NCBI GenBank assembly: GCA_036374555.1
Contig: DASUTO010000281.1
Coordinates: 3,403 to 67,402, forward strand
Source: Chitinophagaceae bacterium
Lineage (GTDB): Bacteria; Bacteroidota; Bacteroidia; Chitinophagales; Chitinophagaceae
DNA: 64,000 bases
Direction: 5' to 3'
The number at the start of each line of letters is the position of its first letter. The stretch's first letter is position 1. Shown piece after piece: positions 18,578 to 28,698 of this stretch. The notes beneath the pieces are model-generated. The model was not told the origin of the DNA, searched no databases, and was given only the letters and a program-made list of their open reading frames with translations. A program made the translations under genes and the position numbers.

Positions 18578-19702
18578 ATGCAACTGCCCGATCTATACCA
18601 GAAAGCCGCCCGGTTCGAATTCTTATCAAAAGAAGAAGGAGTTTTTTTATTTGAACATGCGCCGCTTACAGAACTGATGTTTTTGGCGGACGAACTGAGG
18701 AAGAAACAAGTGCCGCATGGAAAAGTTACCTGGCAGATCGATCGCAACGTAAATACCACCAATGTTTGCATTGCCAATTGCAAGTTTTGTAATTTCTATC
18801 GCATACCCGGTCACCCGGAGGCCTATATAACCGATATGCCGACCTACCGGAAAAAAATAGAAGAAACAATTCGCTGGGGCGGCGATCAATTATTATTGCA
18901 GGGCGGTCATCATCCGGAATTAGGATTGGATTTTTATGTCAACACCTTCAACCAGATCAAAAAAGAATTTCCAACCATCAAGCTGCATACACTGGGTCCG
19001 CCCGAAGTAGCACACATCACCAAGCTTGAAAAAAGTAATCATCGGGATGTGTTGATCGCATTGAAGGCAGCAGGTATGGATTCATTGCCCGGCGCAGGTG
19101 CAGAAATATTAATTGACCGGGTTCGGAGATTGATCAGCAAGGGTAAATGCGGCGCACAGGAATGGCTGGACATCATGCATGAAGCACATAAATTGAACAT
19201 CACTACTTCTGCGACCATGATGTTTGGTCATGTAGAAACGATTGAAGAACGCTTTGAGCATTTAATAAAAATAAGGGAAGTGCAAAGTCGCAAACCGGAA
19301 AACGCAAAAGGCTTTCTTGCTTTTATTCCCTGGACATTCCAGGATGTGGATACATTACTCGCAAAGATCCGCGGTGTACATAATCTCACCACACCCGACG
19401 AATATATCCGCATGATCGCCATCAGCCGTATCATGTTGCCGAACATTAAGAATATACAGGCAAGCTGGCTCACCGTTGGCAAACAGGTTGCTCAACTTTG
19501 CCTGCATGCCGGCGCCAATGATTTTGGCAGCATTATGCTGGAAGAAAATGTAGTGAGTGCGGCCGGGGCACCGCATCGCTTTACATATAAAAGTATACAG
19601 GAAGCCATTCGTGAGGCAGGCTTTGAGCCACAGCTCCGCAACCAGCAATACGAATGGAGAGAATTGCCGCAGACTATAGAAGAGCAGGTGATTGATTATT
19701 GA
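18578..19702 (+). CDS. Radical SAM enzyme of the CofH/MqnC/MqnE family (futalosine-route menaquinone biosynthesis)
   Basis: NVNTTNVCIANCKFCNFYR carries the CxxxCxxC cluster motif. GAGAEIL, SATMMFGHVE and HAGANDFGS are family-typical. I use the MQLPDLYQK start. Confidence 0.75.
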   Translation: MQLPDLYQKAARFEFLSKEEGVFLFEHAPLTELMFLADELRKKQVPHGKVTWQIDRNVNTTNVCIANCKFCNFYRIPGHPEAYITDMPTYRKKIEETIRWGGDQLLLQGGHHPELGLDFYVNTFNQIKKEFPTIKLHTLGPPEVAHITKLEKSNHRDVLIALKAAGMDSLPGAGAEILIDRVRRLISKGKCGAQEWLDIMHEAHKLNITTSATMMFGHVETIEERFEHLIKIREVQSRKPENAKGFLAFIPWTFQDVDTLLAKIRGVHNLTTPDEYIRMIAISRIMLPNIKNIQASWLTVGKQVAQLCLHAGANDFGSIMLEENVVSAAGAPHRFTYKSIQEAIREAGFEPQLRNQQYEWRELPQTIEEQVIDY

Positions 19703-19723
19703 GAAAGGCATCAGGATAATAAA

Positions 19724-20236
19724 ATGCCGCTAATAAATATTTTAATATTTGTCGTTACATTTTGGATTGTCGCTTTGGTGATAATTTATTTTTTAGTGAA
19801 GTATTATAATAAAAAGAATTTAGCAACTACAGAAAGGTTTATTTCACATTCTTACGAATTTAAGCCAGCCTTACTTCAGAATATAAAGCTGCGGTATTGG
19901 ACAACAAATGGTGCAAGAACAATGATCTCGCCAAACAATCATTGTGATATATACTTGTTTGAAAACTTTCTTGGAATTGTTCGACGACAAAATTTTATTT
20001 TCAAAGTTTTCTTTGCTCCGGTTCTAATCACTTCAGACATTACAAGTACAAAAAATATTTTCAATTACCTTACTGTCTATAAACCAGATCGAATTAATTT
20101 CAACGAAGTAATCAAGGGTCAAATAGAAATTAAATTAAAAGACCCGATTTACAAGCATTACAGAATTGATATTACATTTAAGGAGCTAACAAATGAACAC
20201 TTAACTCAGCTTGCAGAAATAAAAAATTGGTGTTAA
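19724..20236 (+). CDS. Hypothetical membrane-anchored protein, visibly AT-rich gene
   Basis: 170-aa ORF with N-terminal TM INILIFVVTFWIVALVIIYFLV. I recognise no motif. Confidence 0.5.
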   Translation: MPLINILIFVVTFWIVALVIIYFLVKYYNKKNLATTERFISHSYEFKPALLQNIKLRYWTTNGARTMISPNNHCDIYLFENFLGIVRRQNFIFKVFFAPVLITSDITSTKNIFNYLTVYKPDRINFNEVIKGQIEIKLKDPIYKHYRIDITFKELTNEHLTQLAEIKNWC

Positions 20237-20262
20237 TTGATTGTCTCAAAAAAACAAATAGA

Positions 20263-21423
20263 ATGACTAAGGCTAATCTTTATACAGTTATATTCTTCTT
20301 TACTCTCACATTTTGCTTAAAGGAATCCTACGGCCAACAACTATACTTCCCCGACTCAAACTGGCAAACAAAAAAACCAGTAGAATTGAAAATGGATGCA
20401 GCGTTAATTGATAGTGCTGTGAGCTTTGCTATTAGAAATGAAACAAAAACAGAATACGATCTGCGTATTGCAAACTATAAAGCTCATGAAAGAGAACCGG
20501 GTTACAGAATTGCCGGTCCGATGAGAGAAAGAGGCAAACCGACAGGAATTATTTTAAAGAATGGTTATATCGTAGCACAATGGGGTGATGTGAAAAGAGT
20601 GGATATGACTTTCAGTGTTTCAAAAAGTTTTTTGTCAACTGTCGCAGGAATTGCTACCGATGATCATTTAATAAAAAATATTGATGATCGTGTAAATGAA
20701 TATGTATGGGACGGGAAATTTGATGGGCCTCATAATTCAAAGATCACCTGGCGGCATTTACTTACACAGTCATCCGATTGGTCAGGATGTTTATTTGATG
20801 TTTGTGATTGGGCCGACCGTCCGCCGAGGCAGGGAACGATCGACGATTGGAAAAACAGAAAATTACTGGAACCCGGTTCAACATTTGAATACAATGACAT
20901 TCGGGTGAACCTGCTGGCATATTCATTATTGCAGGTAATAAGAAAACCCTTGCCTGTTGTTTTGCGTGAACGAATCATGGATCCCATCGGCGCTTCTACA
21001 ACATGGCGCTGGTATGGTTATGATAATTCTTTTGTGAATGTTGATGGTCAAATGATGGAATCAGTAAGTGGTGGTGGACATTTTGGAGGGGGTATTTTTA
21101 TCAATACGCTTGACCAGGCAAGATTTGGGTTATTGTTTTTAAGAAAAGGTAAATGGAAGAACAAGCAATTGATCTCTGAACAATGGGTGAATGCTGTAAA
21201 CAAGCCTTCTGCAGCAAATAGATCTTACGGGCTGATGTGGTGGACCAATGAAGAAAACCGATTGGGGAATGTTTCAAAAAATATTTATTCCGCCGATGGC
21301 TTTGGCGGTAACTTTATTGTTGTGGATAATGATCATGACTTAGTGATCGTTGTAAGATGGCTGGAGCCAAATAAAATTGGCGAGCTTGTTCGTTTGGTGA
21401 TAAACGCAACAGAAAACAAATAA
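20263..21423 (+). CDS. Beta-lactamase-fold serine hydrolase
   Basis: SVSKSF is an SxxK nucleophile motif. Signal peptide starts at MTKANLYTVIFFFTLTF. Confidence 0.7.
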   Translation: MTKANLYTVIFFFTLTFCLKESYGQQLYFPDSNWQTKKPVELKMDAALIDSAVSFAIRNETKTEYDLRIANYKAHEREPGYRIAGPMRERGKPTGIILKNGYIVAQWGDVKRVDMTFSVSKSFLSTVAGIATDDHLIKNIDDRVNEYVWDGKFDGPHNSKITWRHLLTQSSDWSGCLFDVCDWADRPPRQGTIDDWKNRKLLEPGSTFEYNDIRVNLLAYSLLQVIRKPLPVVLRERIMDPIGASTTWRWYGYDNSFVNVDGQMMESVSGGGHFGGGIFINTLDQARFGLLFLRKGKWKNKQLISEQWVNAVNKPSAANRSYGLMWWTNEENRLGNVSKNIYSADGFGGNFIVVDNDHDLVIVVRWLEPNKIGELVRLVINATENK

Positions 21424-21432
21424 TCAAACCAA

Positions 21433-21798
21433 ATGAGTACAGAACTTGTAAAAATTATTCCTGTTCTTGAATCCTCAGATATAGACAGGGATGTTAAATG
21501 GTACAAAGAGAAAACAGGTTTTGAACTTTCTTTTTTACATGAAAAGATGTATGCAGGTCTTAATCGCGATGGATTTGAAATACATCTTCAATGGCATGCA
21601 GGCACTAAAGATGACCCAATGAATGGCGGTGCTGTTATTCGAATTGATGTAAAATACATCAAACCACTTTTTGAAGAATTCAAACGACGGGGAACAGTGA
21701 AAGAAGAAGATCTAAGACAAAACACACCCTGGGGGACGAATGAGTTTGCTTTTCATGATCTGAATTCAAATGCGATCTTTATTTCAGAAGATATTTAA
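21433..21798 (+). CDS. Glyoxalase/bleomycin-resistance (VOC) superfamily protein
   Basis: 121-aa ORF. The size and the IPVLESSDIDRDVKWYKEKTGFE...FEIHLQ pattern resemble VOC-fold proteins. Weak call. Confidence 0.5.
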   Translation: MSTELVKIIPVLESSDIDRDVKWYKEKTGFELSFLHEKMYAGLNRDGFEIHLQWHAGTKDDPMNGGAVIRIDVKYIKPLFEEFKRRGTVKEEDLRQNTPWGTNEFAFHDLNSNAIFISEDI

Positions 21799-21844
21799 CG
21801 AGACAACCAAATTGACCTTCATCACTGCGTTGGCAAACCGATTG

Positions 21845-22831
21845 ATGGTAATATTATCCTTGGTTTTTTTCTTAGGACATTGTTCTACAGAGAAGGCGAT
21901 GGTAATACAGTCTGTCACAGGCACTGTAACGGCTGCACCGGGTGAAGCATGGCTTTCTCATGAACATATTCTTGTTGATTTTATCGGTGCTGATAGTATT
22001 GACTCAAAAAAGTGGAATCATGATTCTGTAATGAATGCAACTATTTCTTATCTCCAACAACTAAAAGAATATAATGTAAAATACTTTGTGGATGCCACAC
22101 CCGCCTATCTTGGCAGAGATGTATTGCTGTTAGAGAAGATCGCAAAGAAAACAGGGCTCACTATCATAACGAATACTGGCTTTTATGGCGCAGTAAGTAA
22201 TAAATATATTCCTGCTTTTGCTATTGAACAAAAAGCAGAAGAGCTTGCTGAAATCTGGATCAATGAATATAAAAATGGAATAGAAGGAACAACAATAAAA
22301 CCCGGCTTTATTAAGATCAGTGTTGACGTGGCAGATACGCTTGATGCGATGGATCAAAAGCTGGTAAAAGCTGCGGCCATTACTCATTCAGAAACAGGAT
22401 TGACAATTGCCTCTCACACAGGTGATGCAAAGGCGCTTTGGCCGCAATTAAAAATCCTTAAAGAGATGAAGGTTTCCCCTAACGCATTTATTTGGGTACA
22501 TGCACAAAATGAAAAGGATAATAACAACTATGTACTCGCCGCAAAAGAAGGTTGTTGGATAAGCCTTGATGGCCTGGGTTGGGACCTGGAAAAACATATA
22601 GAGAAGATCTTATTTGCAAAAGAACATAAAATACTTGACAGGATATTGATATCACATGATGCCGGTTGGTATGATCCTCAAAGACAAATTCAGACAATAA
22701 AACCTTATACAAATATTTTTACACAACTATATCCTGCATTGGTGTCAAAAGGTTTCAGCAAAGAAGAACTCGATCGCTTAATAAGCAACAATCCCGCTAA
22801 AGCATTCTCAATGAGTATAAGAAGACTATAA
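21845..22831 (+). CDS. Phosphotriesterase-family (PTE/PHP) metal hydrolase
   Basis: LSHEHILVDF is the HxH motif at the start of the barrel; ISHDAGW lies near the end. Start uncertain (21770 or 21845). Confidence 0.7.
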   Translation: MVILSLVFFLGHCSTEKAMVIQSVTGTVTAAPGEAWLSHEHILVDFIGADSIDSKKWNHDSVMNATISYLQQLKEYNVKYFVDATPAYLGRDVLLLEKIAKKTGLTIITNTGFYGAVSNKYIPAFAIEQKAEELAEIWINEYKNGIEGTTIKPGFIKISVDVADTLDAMDQKLVKAAAITHSETGLTIASHTGDAKALWPQLKILKEMKVSPNAFIWVHAQNEKDNNNYVLAAKEGCWISLDGLGWDLEKHIEKILFAKEHKILDRILISHDAGWYDPQRQIQTIKPYTNIFTQLYPALVSKGFSKEELDRLISNNPAKAFSMSIRRL

Positions 22832-22958
22832 ATATTCACTACCGGGAAAACGGCGATGTGGTTTATGTTCGATTCGCGATTTAACCGTTATTAAGTATAA
22901 TTTCACTGATAACATTTGATAACTTGCAGCCTTTGATTTTATAGTATAATAAGAAAGT

Positions 22959-23246
22959 ATGAATAAAAAATTGTCATGGCTTCGCAAAACAGGTATTGCA
23001 GAAGGAATTTCTTTTCTTGTATTGCTTGGCATCGCTATGCCACTTAAGTATGTCTTTCATCAACCAATGGCCGTCAAGATATTTGGCTGGGCCCACGGAA
23101 TTTTATTTGTTGCATTTCTTTTTCTTGCATGGGAAGTAAAAACAGACCGGAACAAATCATTGAAATGGTATGCCACCGCGTTTCTTGCAGCCATCCTTCC
23201 AACAGGAACGTTTTTCTTTGATAAAAAATTGAAAGAAGAGGAATAG
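22959..23246 (+). CDS. DUF3817-like small membrane protein
   Basis: 95-aa ORF with LRKTGIAEGISFLVLLGIAMPLKYVFHQPMAVKIFGWAHGILFV. Confidence 0.6.
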   Translation: MNKKLSWLRKTGIAEGISFLVLLGIAMPLKYVFHQPMAVKIFGWAHGILFVAFLFLAWEVKTDRNKSLKWYATAFLAAILPTGTFFFDKKLKEEE

Positions 23247-23247
23247 C

Positions 23248-24432
23248 TCAGTTCGTCCCAAGCTGGTTAGCCTTAAAGACCCTTAAAAAATTTTCTCCTA
23301 AAATTTTACGGATATCTTTTTTATTATAGCCTCTATCCAGCAACGCTTTAGTGATCAAAGGAAAATCCTGCACGCCATTTAATTCTTTTGGGCCTGCTTC
23401 AATACCGTCAAAGTCAGAGCCAAGACCAACGAAATCCACACCCACGAGTCTTACAATGTAATCAAGATGATCGATCAACAATGAAAGCGGCGGGCGGATA
23501 GCATCTGTTTCCACTTTATATTTTTCCATTGTCATTATGGCTGCATAATCAGGTTGTGCGCCATGAGCGATCAGTGAATCAATTTCAGGTTTATGTCCTG
23601 CTAATAACTGCGCAGCTTTTTTTTCATAGGTGCTGTCAAGAAACCCCGCATAAAAATTAAGATGAATAACGCCTCCATTTTTGGCGATCGCTTTTATCTG
23701 GTCGTCTTTTAAATTTCTTCGATGATGACAGAGTGCCCATACACTACTATGCGAAGCGATGATCGGTTTTTTTGTAAGCTTTATTACATCCCGAAAAGTT
23801 TGTTCACCATTATGACTGATATCGATCAGCATTCCCAGTTCATTCATTCTTTGAACGATCTTTTTACCCAGATCAGTAAGTCCTTTATGCGGCAGCGAAT
23901 CACCTTTTGTAGTTTCATCTGCTGCAGAAGTAGCCCAGCTTGTACTGTTATTCCATGTAAGCGTCATGTATCTTACACCTCGTACATATAATGCATCAAG
24001 GTTTTCAATTTTATCTTCGATCATATGACCACCTTCAACTCCCAACATAGTGGCTAATCTGTTGTCTTTGATCGCTTGTTTTAATTCAGCTGGTGTCCTT
24101 ACCAGTGTCATTCTATTCGGAGCTCTTTCGACCCATGCATAGACAGAATCGATCTGACGATTGGCGAATGAATAGGGTTGCTGCTGTTCCGGTCCGCAAA
24201 AAATGGAAAATATCTGTACATCAACACCACCTGTTCGTAAACGGCCAAGATCGGTATGAGTTCTTCCTAACAAGTCTGAATCAAGACTTACTTTTTTTTC
24301 GATAGAAGCGCTTGGAAAATCATTATGTGTATCTACAAGCACTGCTTTATTATGGATCTTTTTATACTGCTGGCTGAAAATACAAGTGGTCATCAGCAGC
24401 ATCAATGGAAAAAGTATATAGCGGGAATACAT
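23248..24432 (-). CDS. Membrane dipeptidase (M19 family)
   Basis: 394-aa ORF with VLVDTHNDFP, ISHNGEQTF, ASHSS and GLGSDFDGI. Confidence 0.85.
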   Translation of the reverse strand: MYSRYILFPLMLLMTTCIFSQQYKKIHNKAVLVDTHNDFPSASIEKKVSLDSDLLGRTHTDLGRLRTGGVDVQIFSIFCGPEQQQPYSFANRQIDSVYAWVERAPNRMTLVRTPAELKQAIKDNRLATMLGVEGGHMIEDKIENLDALYVRGVRYMTLTWNNSTSWATSAADETTKGDSLPHKGLTDLGKKIVQRMNELGMLIDISHNGEQTFRDVIKLTKKPIIASHSSVWALCHHRRNLKDDQIKAIAKNGGVIHLNFYAGFLDSTYEKKAAQLLAGHKPEIDSLIAHGAQPDYAAIMTMEKYKVETDAIRPPLSLLIDHLDYIVRLVGVDFVGLGSDFDGIEAGPKELNGVQDFPLITKALLDRGYNKKDIRKILGENFLRVFKANQLGTN

Positions 24433-24488
24433 TTTAAAAATATTTTACGGGCAAAAGGTAGATAATCTAATTTTATGCAACAAAAAAT

Positions 24489-24959
24489 ATGCTGTGCATT
24501 AAACATATTATTGAAGAAGGAAAAGAGCTTGATGTGATCCGGGATCTTTTTCGTGAATATGAAAAGGAGTTGAATGAAGATATTTGTTTCCAAAGTTTTG
24601 ATGAAGAATTAAAAGACCCGTTAAAAAAGTATGGTTTACCGGATGGAGATCTTATGCTGGCTTACTGGAATGACGAAGTAGCCGGTTGTATTGCATTGAC
24701 AAAAACGAAAGATGCAGGTGCCTGTGAAATGAAACGTCTTTATGTAAGACCTGAATTCAGAAAGAACAAGATCGGGAGAGTGTTGATCGAGGAGTTGCTG
24801 AGCTCCGCTAAACAAAAAGATTATCAGCGTATGCGGTTGGATACTTTTTTGAAGCTTGAATCTGCTGTTTACCTGTACCGGCAATTCGGATTTGTAAATA
24901 TTTCTGCTTATTATAATAACCCGTTGCCCGGCGTGTTGTATATGGATAAACTATTGTGA
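24489..24959 (+). CDS. GNAT family N-acetyltransferase
   Basis: 156-aa ORF. MKRLYVRPEFRKNKIGRVLIEELL is an acetyl-CoA-binding R/Q-x-x-G-x-G/A-like segment. Confidence 0.7.
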   Translation: MLCIKHIIEEGKELDVIRDLFREYEKELNEDICFQSFDEELKDPLKKYGLPDGDLMLAYWNDEVAGCIALTKTKDAGACEMKRLYVRPEFRKNKIGRVLIEELLSSAKQKDYQRMRLDTFLKLESAVYLYRQFGFVNISAYYNNPLPGVLYMDKLL

Positions 24960-25039
24960 GCTTGTTTCAACCAAGATCAGTTAATGTGGTGACTGCTGTC
25001 ACAAAACTAAAAAAGATATGTGTATAGATTTACAATGGA

Positions 25040-25129
25040 ATGCAGAAAAACATATTCAAGCTGGTAATCGTTTGTCTTTTATGCATTGCAATTGTTTACG
25101 GTGTTGTAAAACTTATTCAGTCTTTCTGA
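25040..25129 (+). CDS. Possible 29-aa single-TM micro-protein
   Basis: ATG 25040, MQKNIFKLVIVCLLCIAIVYGVVKLIQSF*, ending 18 nt before the DUF2892 gene. Below the ORF-track cut-off; no other support. Confidence 0.25.
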   Translation: MQKNIFKLVIVCLLCIAIVYGVVKLIQSF

Positions 25130-25147
25130 TCATTTAAATTATTATTT

Positions 25148-25354
25148 ATGAAAAAAAATATGGGTGGCGGTGATCGTAGTATACGCATTTTGCTTGCAGC
25201 AGTTTTAGCGTATCTCTATTTCGGCGGTATTGTTACGGGTACGTGGGGACTTGTGCTTGTTATATTAGGAGGAGTTTTTGTTGTAACAAGCCTGATAGGT
25301 TTTTGTCCTTTATATGCTCCATTCGGTATCAGCACATGTTCCAAAAGAACTTGA
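25148..25354 (+). CDS. DUF2892 (YgaP-like) small membrane protein
   Basis: 68-aa ORF with GGGDRSIRILLA...GFCPLYAPFGISTC. Confidence 0.6.
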   Translation: MKKNMGGGDRSIRILLAAVLAYLYFGGIVTGTWGLVLVILGGVFVVTSLIGFCPLYAPFGISTCSKRT

Positions 25355-25364
25355 AGATCGGAGC

Positions 25365-25907
25365 CTAATCGTGACTGCTCTTATCTCCCACAAACCAATG
25401 TTCCTTGTTCTTGAACAACACATTAAAAGTAGTTAGCGAGCCATAGCACCGGGTAATATATTGCTGGATGCCTACTTTATCTTCATCACTCAATTTTTTG
25501 TTGCTGTTAATATTTTGTTCAAGCACACGAAGCCTGTCACGCAGCATAACGACCTTGTGAAAAAAATCTTCAATAGGGATTTCTTTGGGCTTTAAGCTTT
25601 TATCTGCGGGTTGTAGTAACATAGTACCATGTTGCCAGCGGTCACCGAGCGTTACATTCTCGTTAAGTCCGCCCCATAACCTTAGAATCTTCAGCAACGA
25701 CTTTTCAATGTCGGAATGTGTTTCTATTTCCTCTGTTACATTTTCCGGGATGATCTCATCCAGTTTATTATCTGTTTTATCAATTTCTTTTATACCATGA
25801 TTGATAAAAGAAATAAGATAAGTGGCATAGCGAATGCCTACGATCACACCCGGACCATATTGAGTGTGTTGCAATCTTGTACCTATTCCAAGAGTTGTTT
25901 GTTCCAT
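25365..25907 (-). CDS. Hypothetical protein
   Basis: 180-aa ORF. The N-terminal GTRLQHTQYGPGVIVGI resembles a small Tudor/SH3-like beta domain. The rest is unrecognised. Confidence 0.5.
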   Translation of the reverse strand: MEQTTLGIGTRLQHTQYGPGVIVGIRYATYLISFINHGIKEIDKTDNKLDEIIPENVTEEIETHSDIEKSLLKILRLWGGLNENVTLGDRWQHGTMLLQPADKSLKPKEIPIEDFFHKVVMLRDRLRVLEQNINSNKKLSDEDKVGIQQYITRCYGSLTTFNVLFKNKEHWFVGDKSSHD

Positions 25908-25956
25908 AACTTAGAATTTATCGGTTCAATAGTTTACAAGTTTAAGAAAATTGTTT

Positions 25957-27258
25957 TTACTTCAGCGACTGGTAGATCAATGGTTTTATTCGATCTCCAT
26001 AATCCCAATGATCGGTGGGCCAGATATTACGCATAAAGACAACTACCATTTTGTTTTTAGGATCAGACCAATAATGCGAAGCAAACATTCCATCCCAGCC
26101 ATAAGAGCCTGCAGGTATCATCAGCGTTCTCTCTGCATAATCAGTAAGAATTCCAAAACCCAAACCAAAACGACGGGTCTTATTTGCATCACTCCACATT
26201 AAATGATCACCAATTTGGTTCGATGTCATGAGCTGAATTGTTCCTGGTGATAAAATTCGTTTCCCATTCAATTCACCACCATTCAAAAGCATTTGACCAA
26301 ACAATGCATAATCATAAGCTGTTGAAGCAAGACCGGCGCCGCCTGAAAAATAAGTTCCATTGGGTGTTTTTGGAAAATCCCTTGAGAACGTTCCGTTCAA
26401 ACTTATCATCGAATCCTGTATCCTCAGTTTTGTTTGATTGCCTTGTTGTGTATATAATGCAACCAGTCTTGCTTGTTTTTCTTTTGGTAAAAAGAAATAA
26501 GTGTCTTTCATGCCAAGCGGCTCAAATATTTGTTGTTGTAAATATTTGTCCAACGGCATTCCGCTGATCACTTCTATCAAATACCCAAGTACATCGGTAT
26601 TTAATCCATAATAAAATTCTTCACCAGGCTGAGTGAATAATGGAAGCTTAGCCAATCTTGTAATTACATCTTTCAATGTTGAATAAGGGGTGCCGATGCC
26701 GCCATTAATTTTATTTTTATAATAAACAGCGTTTGCAGGGCCTGAACCTATTTGCGCATAGCCAATTCCAGATGTATGAGATAAAATATCCCGCATGGTG
26801 ATCTCTCTTTTTGCCGGCACCGTTGTATAAGTAGTATCTGCAGCAGTGTATTTATCAAGTACAACTGGATTTTTAAATTCAGGGATAAATTTTGAAACAG
26901 GGTCAGTGAGTAAAAATTTCCCTTCTTCATATAACATCATAGCAGCTACACTTATGATGGGTTTGGTCATAGAAGCAATCCGAAAAATATTATCATTTTT
27001 CATTGGAATGTTTTGCTCCTTGTTCGCAAAACCAAATGATTTGTGATAAACAATTTTTCCATTACGAAGAATGATTGCTGTAGCGCCATTTAATTGTTCT
27101 TCTTTTATCCATTGATCAATATTTGCATCAAGCTGTTTTAGTCTTTCAGAGGAGATGCCTTCTGTTTCAGGACTGGCTGATCGAAGAAAGTTTTGAGAAA
27201 AAGATGTGACAAAAAAAGTAAGCAGGAAAATAGCCGATAAAATAACGGGCTTCATCAT
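25957..27258 (-). CDS. Beta-lactamase-fold serine hydrolase, secreted
   Basis: 433-aa ORF with a signal peptide. ASMTKPI is an SxxK motif. Confidence 0.75.
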   Translation of the reverse strand: MMKPVILSAIFLLTFFVTSFSQNFLRSASPETEGISSERLKQLDANIDQWIKEEQLNGATAIILRNGKIVYHKSFGFANKEQNIPMKNDNIFRIASMTKPIISVAAMMLYEEGKFLLTDPVSKFIPEFKNPVVLDKYTAADTTYTTVPAKREITMRDILSHTSGIGYAQIGSGPANAVYYKNKINGGIGTPYSTLKDVITRLAKLPLFTQPGEEFYYGLNTDVLGYLIEVISGMPLDKYLQQQIFEPLGMKDTYFFLPKEKQARLVALYTQQGNQTKLRIQDSMISLNGTFSRDFPKTPNGTYFSGGAGLASTAYDYALFGQMLLNGGELNGKRILSPGTIQLMTSNQIGDHLMWSDANKTRRFGLGFGILTDYAERTLMIPAGSYGWDGMFASHYWSDPKNKMVVVFMRNIWPTDHWDYGDRIKPLIYQSLK

Positions 27259-27288
27259 AAAGCAACAAAGTTTAAAAACGGAAGTAAG

Positions 27289-28050
27289 TTAATTTTCTTT
27301 TCTTAACCAACTGTGGCTTTTCTCCTGCTTATAAAGTTCGTAGCATTTTTTAATGAAGAATTGAAAATCATAATCGCCGGTGTAAAGACAAAACTCATAG
27401 GTGGGACGGCAATACTGCATAAAGCTGTCTCTCGCATCACCGATCAATCCCGTTAATCGCAGTACAAGTGCTTTGTTGAAGCGATGATCAATAAATTTCT
27501 CTCTTTCCTCCGCTAACAATCTATCTCTGAAAGCAGCATTGCTTTTATTTTTCCTGAATTGGAACATGCGAATGATCTCATTGACATCAAAGCCAACAGC
27601 AGCACCCATATCACCGCTTACGTTTGCTTTAAGCTTTGGTTTTTGCCAGTCAAAAGCCCTTGCATAATCAAGACGATTTTGAATGGAATCCATTTTGTAA
27701 TTGCGTGGTTTCACGATCACTTCTTTCAATACCGGTACATTAATATGGATGGCAATATCAAAACGGGAAGCGTCAACAATTTTTTTTACCGGATACTTTA
27801 TCGTTGGTTTATTTAAATAACTGAACCAAACAGAATCATCCTCCGTTACGTCAATTTCATAGTGACCATATATATCAGTTGCTGCTCCTTTGCCAGAAGA
27901 AGTTAAGACGCTTACAGAGATGACCGGGTAAGTTCTGGTGCTGTCATATACGGTGCCACGCAATTTAAAAGACTGTGCACCTGCTTTTGAAGCCAAAAAG
28001 CAGCAGGCAATAATTATAATATAGACTGAAAATTTCCTCAAGCACGGCAA
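27289..28050 (-). CDS. Carboxypeptidase-regulatory-like domain protein
   Basis: 253-aa ORF with a signal peptide. LRGTVYDSTRTYPVISVSVL...TDIYGHYEIDV. Confidence 0.6.
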   Translation of the reverse strand: MPCLRKFSVYIIIIACCFLASKAGAQSFKLRGTVYDSTRTYPVISVSVLTSSGKGAATDIYGHYEIDVTEDDSVWFSYLNKPTIKYPVKKIVDASRFDIAIHINVPVLKEVIVKPRNYKMDSIQNRLDYARAFDWQKPKLKANVSGDMGAAVGFDVNEIIRMFQFRKNKSNAAFRDRLLAEEREKFIDHRFNKALVLRLTGLIGDARDSFMQYCRPTYEFCLYTGDYDFQFFIKKCYELYKQEKSHSWLRKEN

Positions 28051-28077
28051 GTAACAAAAGAAAATGCAAATAGTAAT

Positions 28078-28659
28078 CTAAAGTGTGACCAGTAACGAAA
28101 CGGCTGCAGGAAAATGCCGGTGCTCCAGCACCTGCACTTTTTTTGCAAGGCTTTCCGGAGTCTCGACCTCTGACACCAGGCAGGTTGCCTGCAAAATGAT
28201 CTGTCCATGATCATAAACCTCATCCACATAATGAATGGTAATACCGCTTTCCTTTTCTTTATTGGCGATCACCGCTTCGTGTACAAAACTTCCATACATG
28301 CCTTTGCCGCCATATTTGGGCAAAAGAGCCGGATGGATATTAATCATTTTTCCGTGAAATAATCTTACTAATGCAACAGGAACCATCCATAAAAAACCAG
28401 CCAGCACTATAAAATCAATACCCGCCGCTTTCAATTCATCTATGTAAGCATTACCGCGAAAGAATTTTTCCTTTTCAATTAATAAGGTCGGGATACTATT
28501 TTCTTCAGCAATTTTTAAAACACCTGCTCCTGGTTTATTACAAACAATTAAACTTATAATAGCCGTAGAAATGCCTTTTTCTTTTAAAGATCCCAGGTGA
28601 TCGATTATCTTTTTTGCATTTGAACCATTACCTGAAGAAAAAATAGCAATTTGTTTCAT
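28078..28659 (-). CDS. purN: Phosphoribosylglycinamide formyltransferase
   Basis: 193-aa ORF with MKQIAIFSSGNGSNAKKI, INIHPALLPKYGG and HYVDEVYDHGQII. Confidence 0.85.
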   Translation of the reverse strand: MKQIAIFSSGNGSNAKKIIDHLGSLKEKGISTAIISLIVCNKPGAGVLKIAEENSIPTLLIEKEKFFRGNAYIDELKAAGIDFIVLAGFLWMVPVALVRLFHGKMINIHPALLPKYGGKGMYGSFVHEAVIANKEKESGITIHYVDEVYDHGQIILQATCLVSEVETPESLAKKVQVLEHRHFPAAVSLLVTL

Positions 28660-28698
28660 CCTTAATTTTTCAAAGCTGCAAAGTTGTAACTTTTCAGT

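Noticed and set aside
2578-27258. The concentration of peptidase and hydrolase genes (S9, M14, M16 x2, PDZ-aspartyl, M19, two beta-lactamase-fold) as a dedicated proteolytic island
   Set aside because: The genes are on both strands and interspersed with unrelated housekeeping genes (E1 dehydrogenase, mqn, purN). They lack shared regulators, SusC/D-type transporters or mobility genes. This looks like the ordinary peptidase richness of proteolytic Bacteroidota rather than a discrete system.
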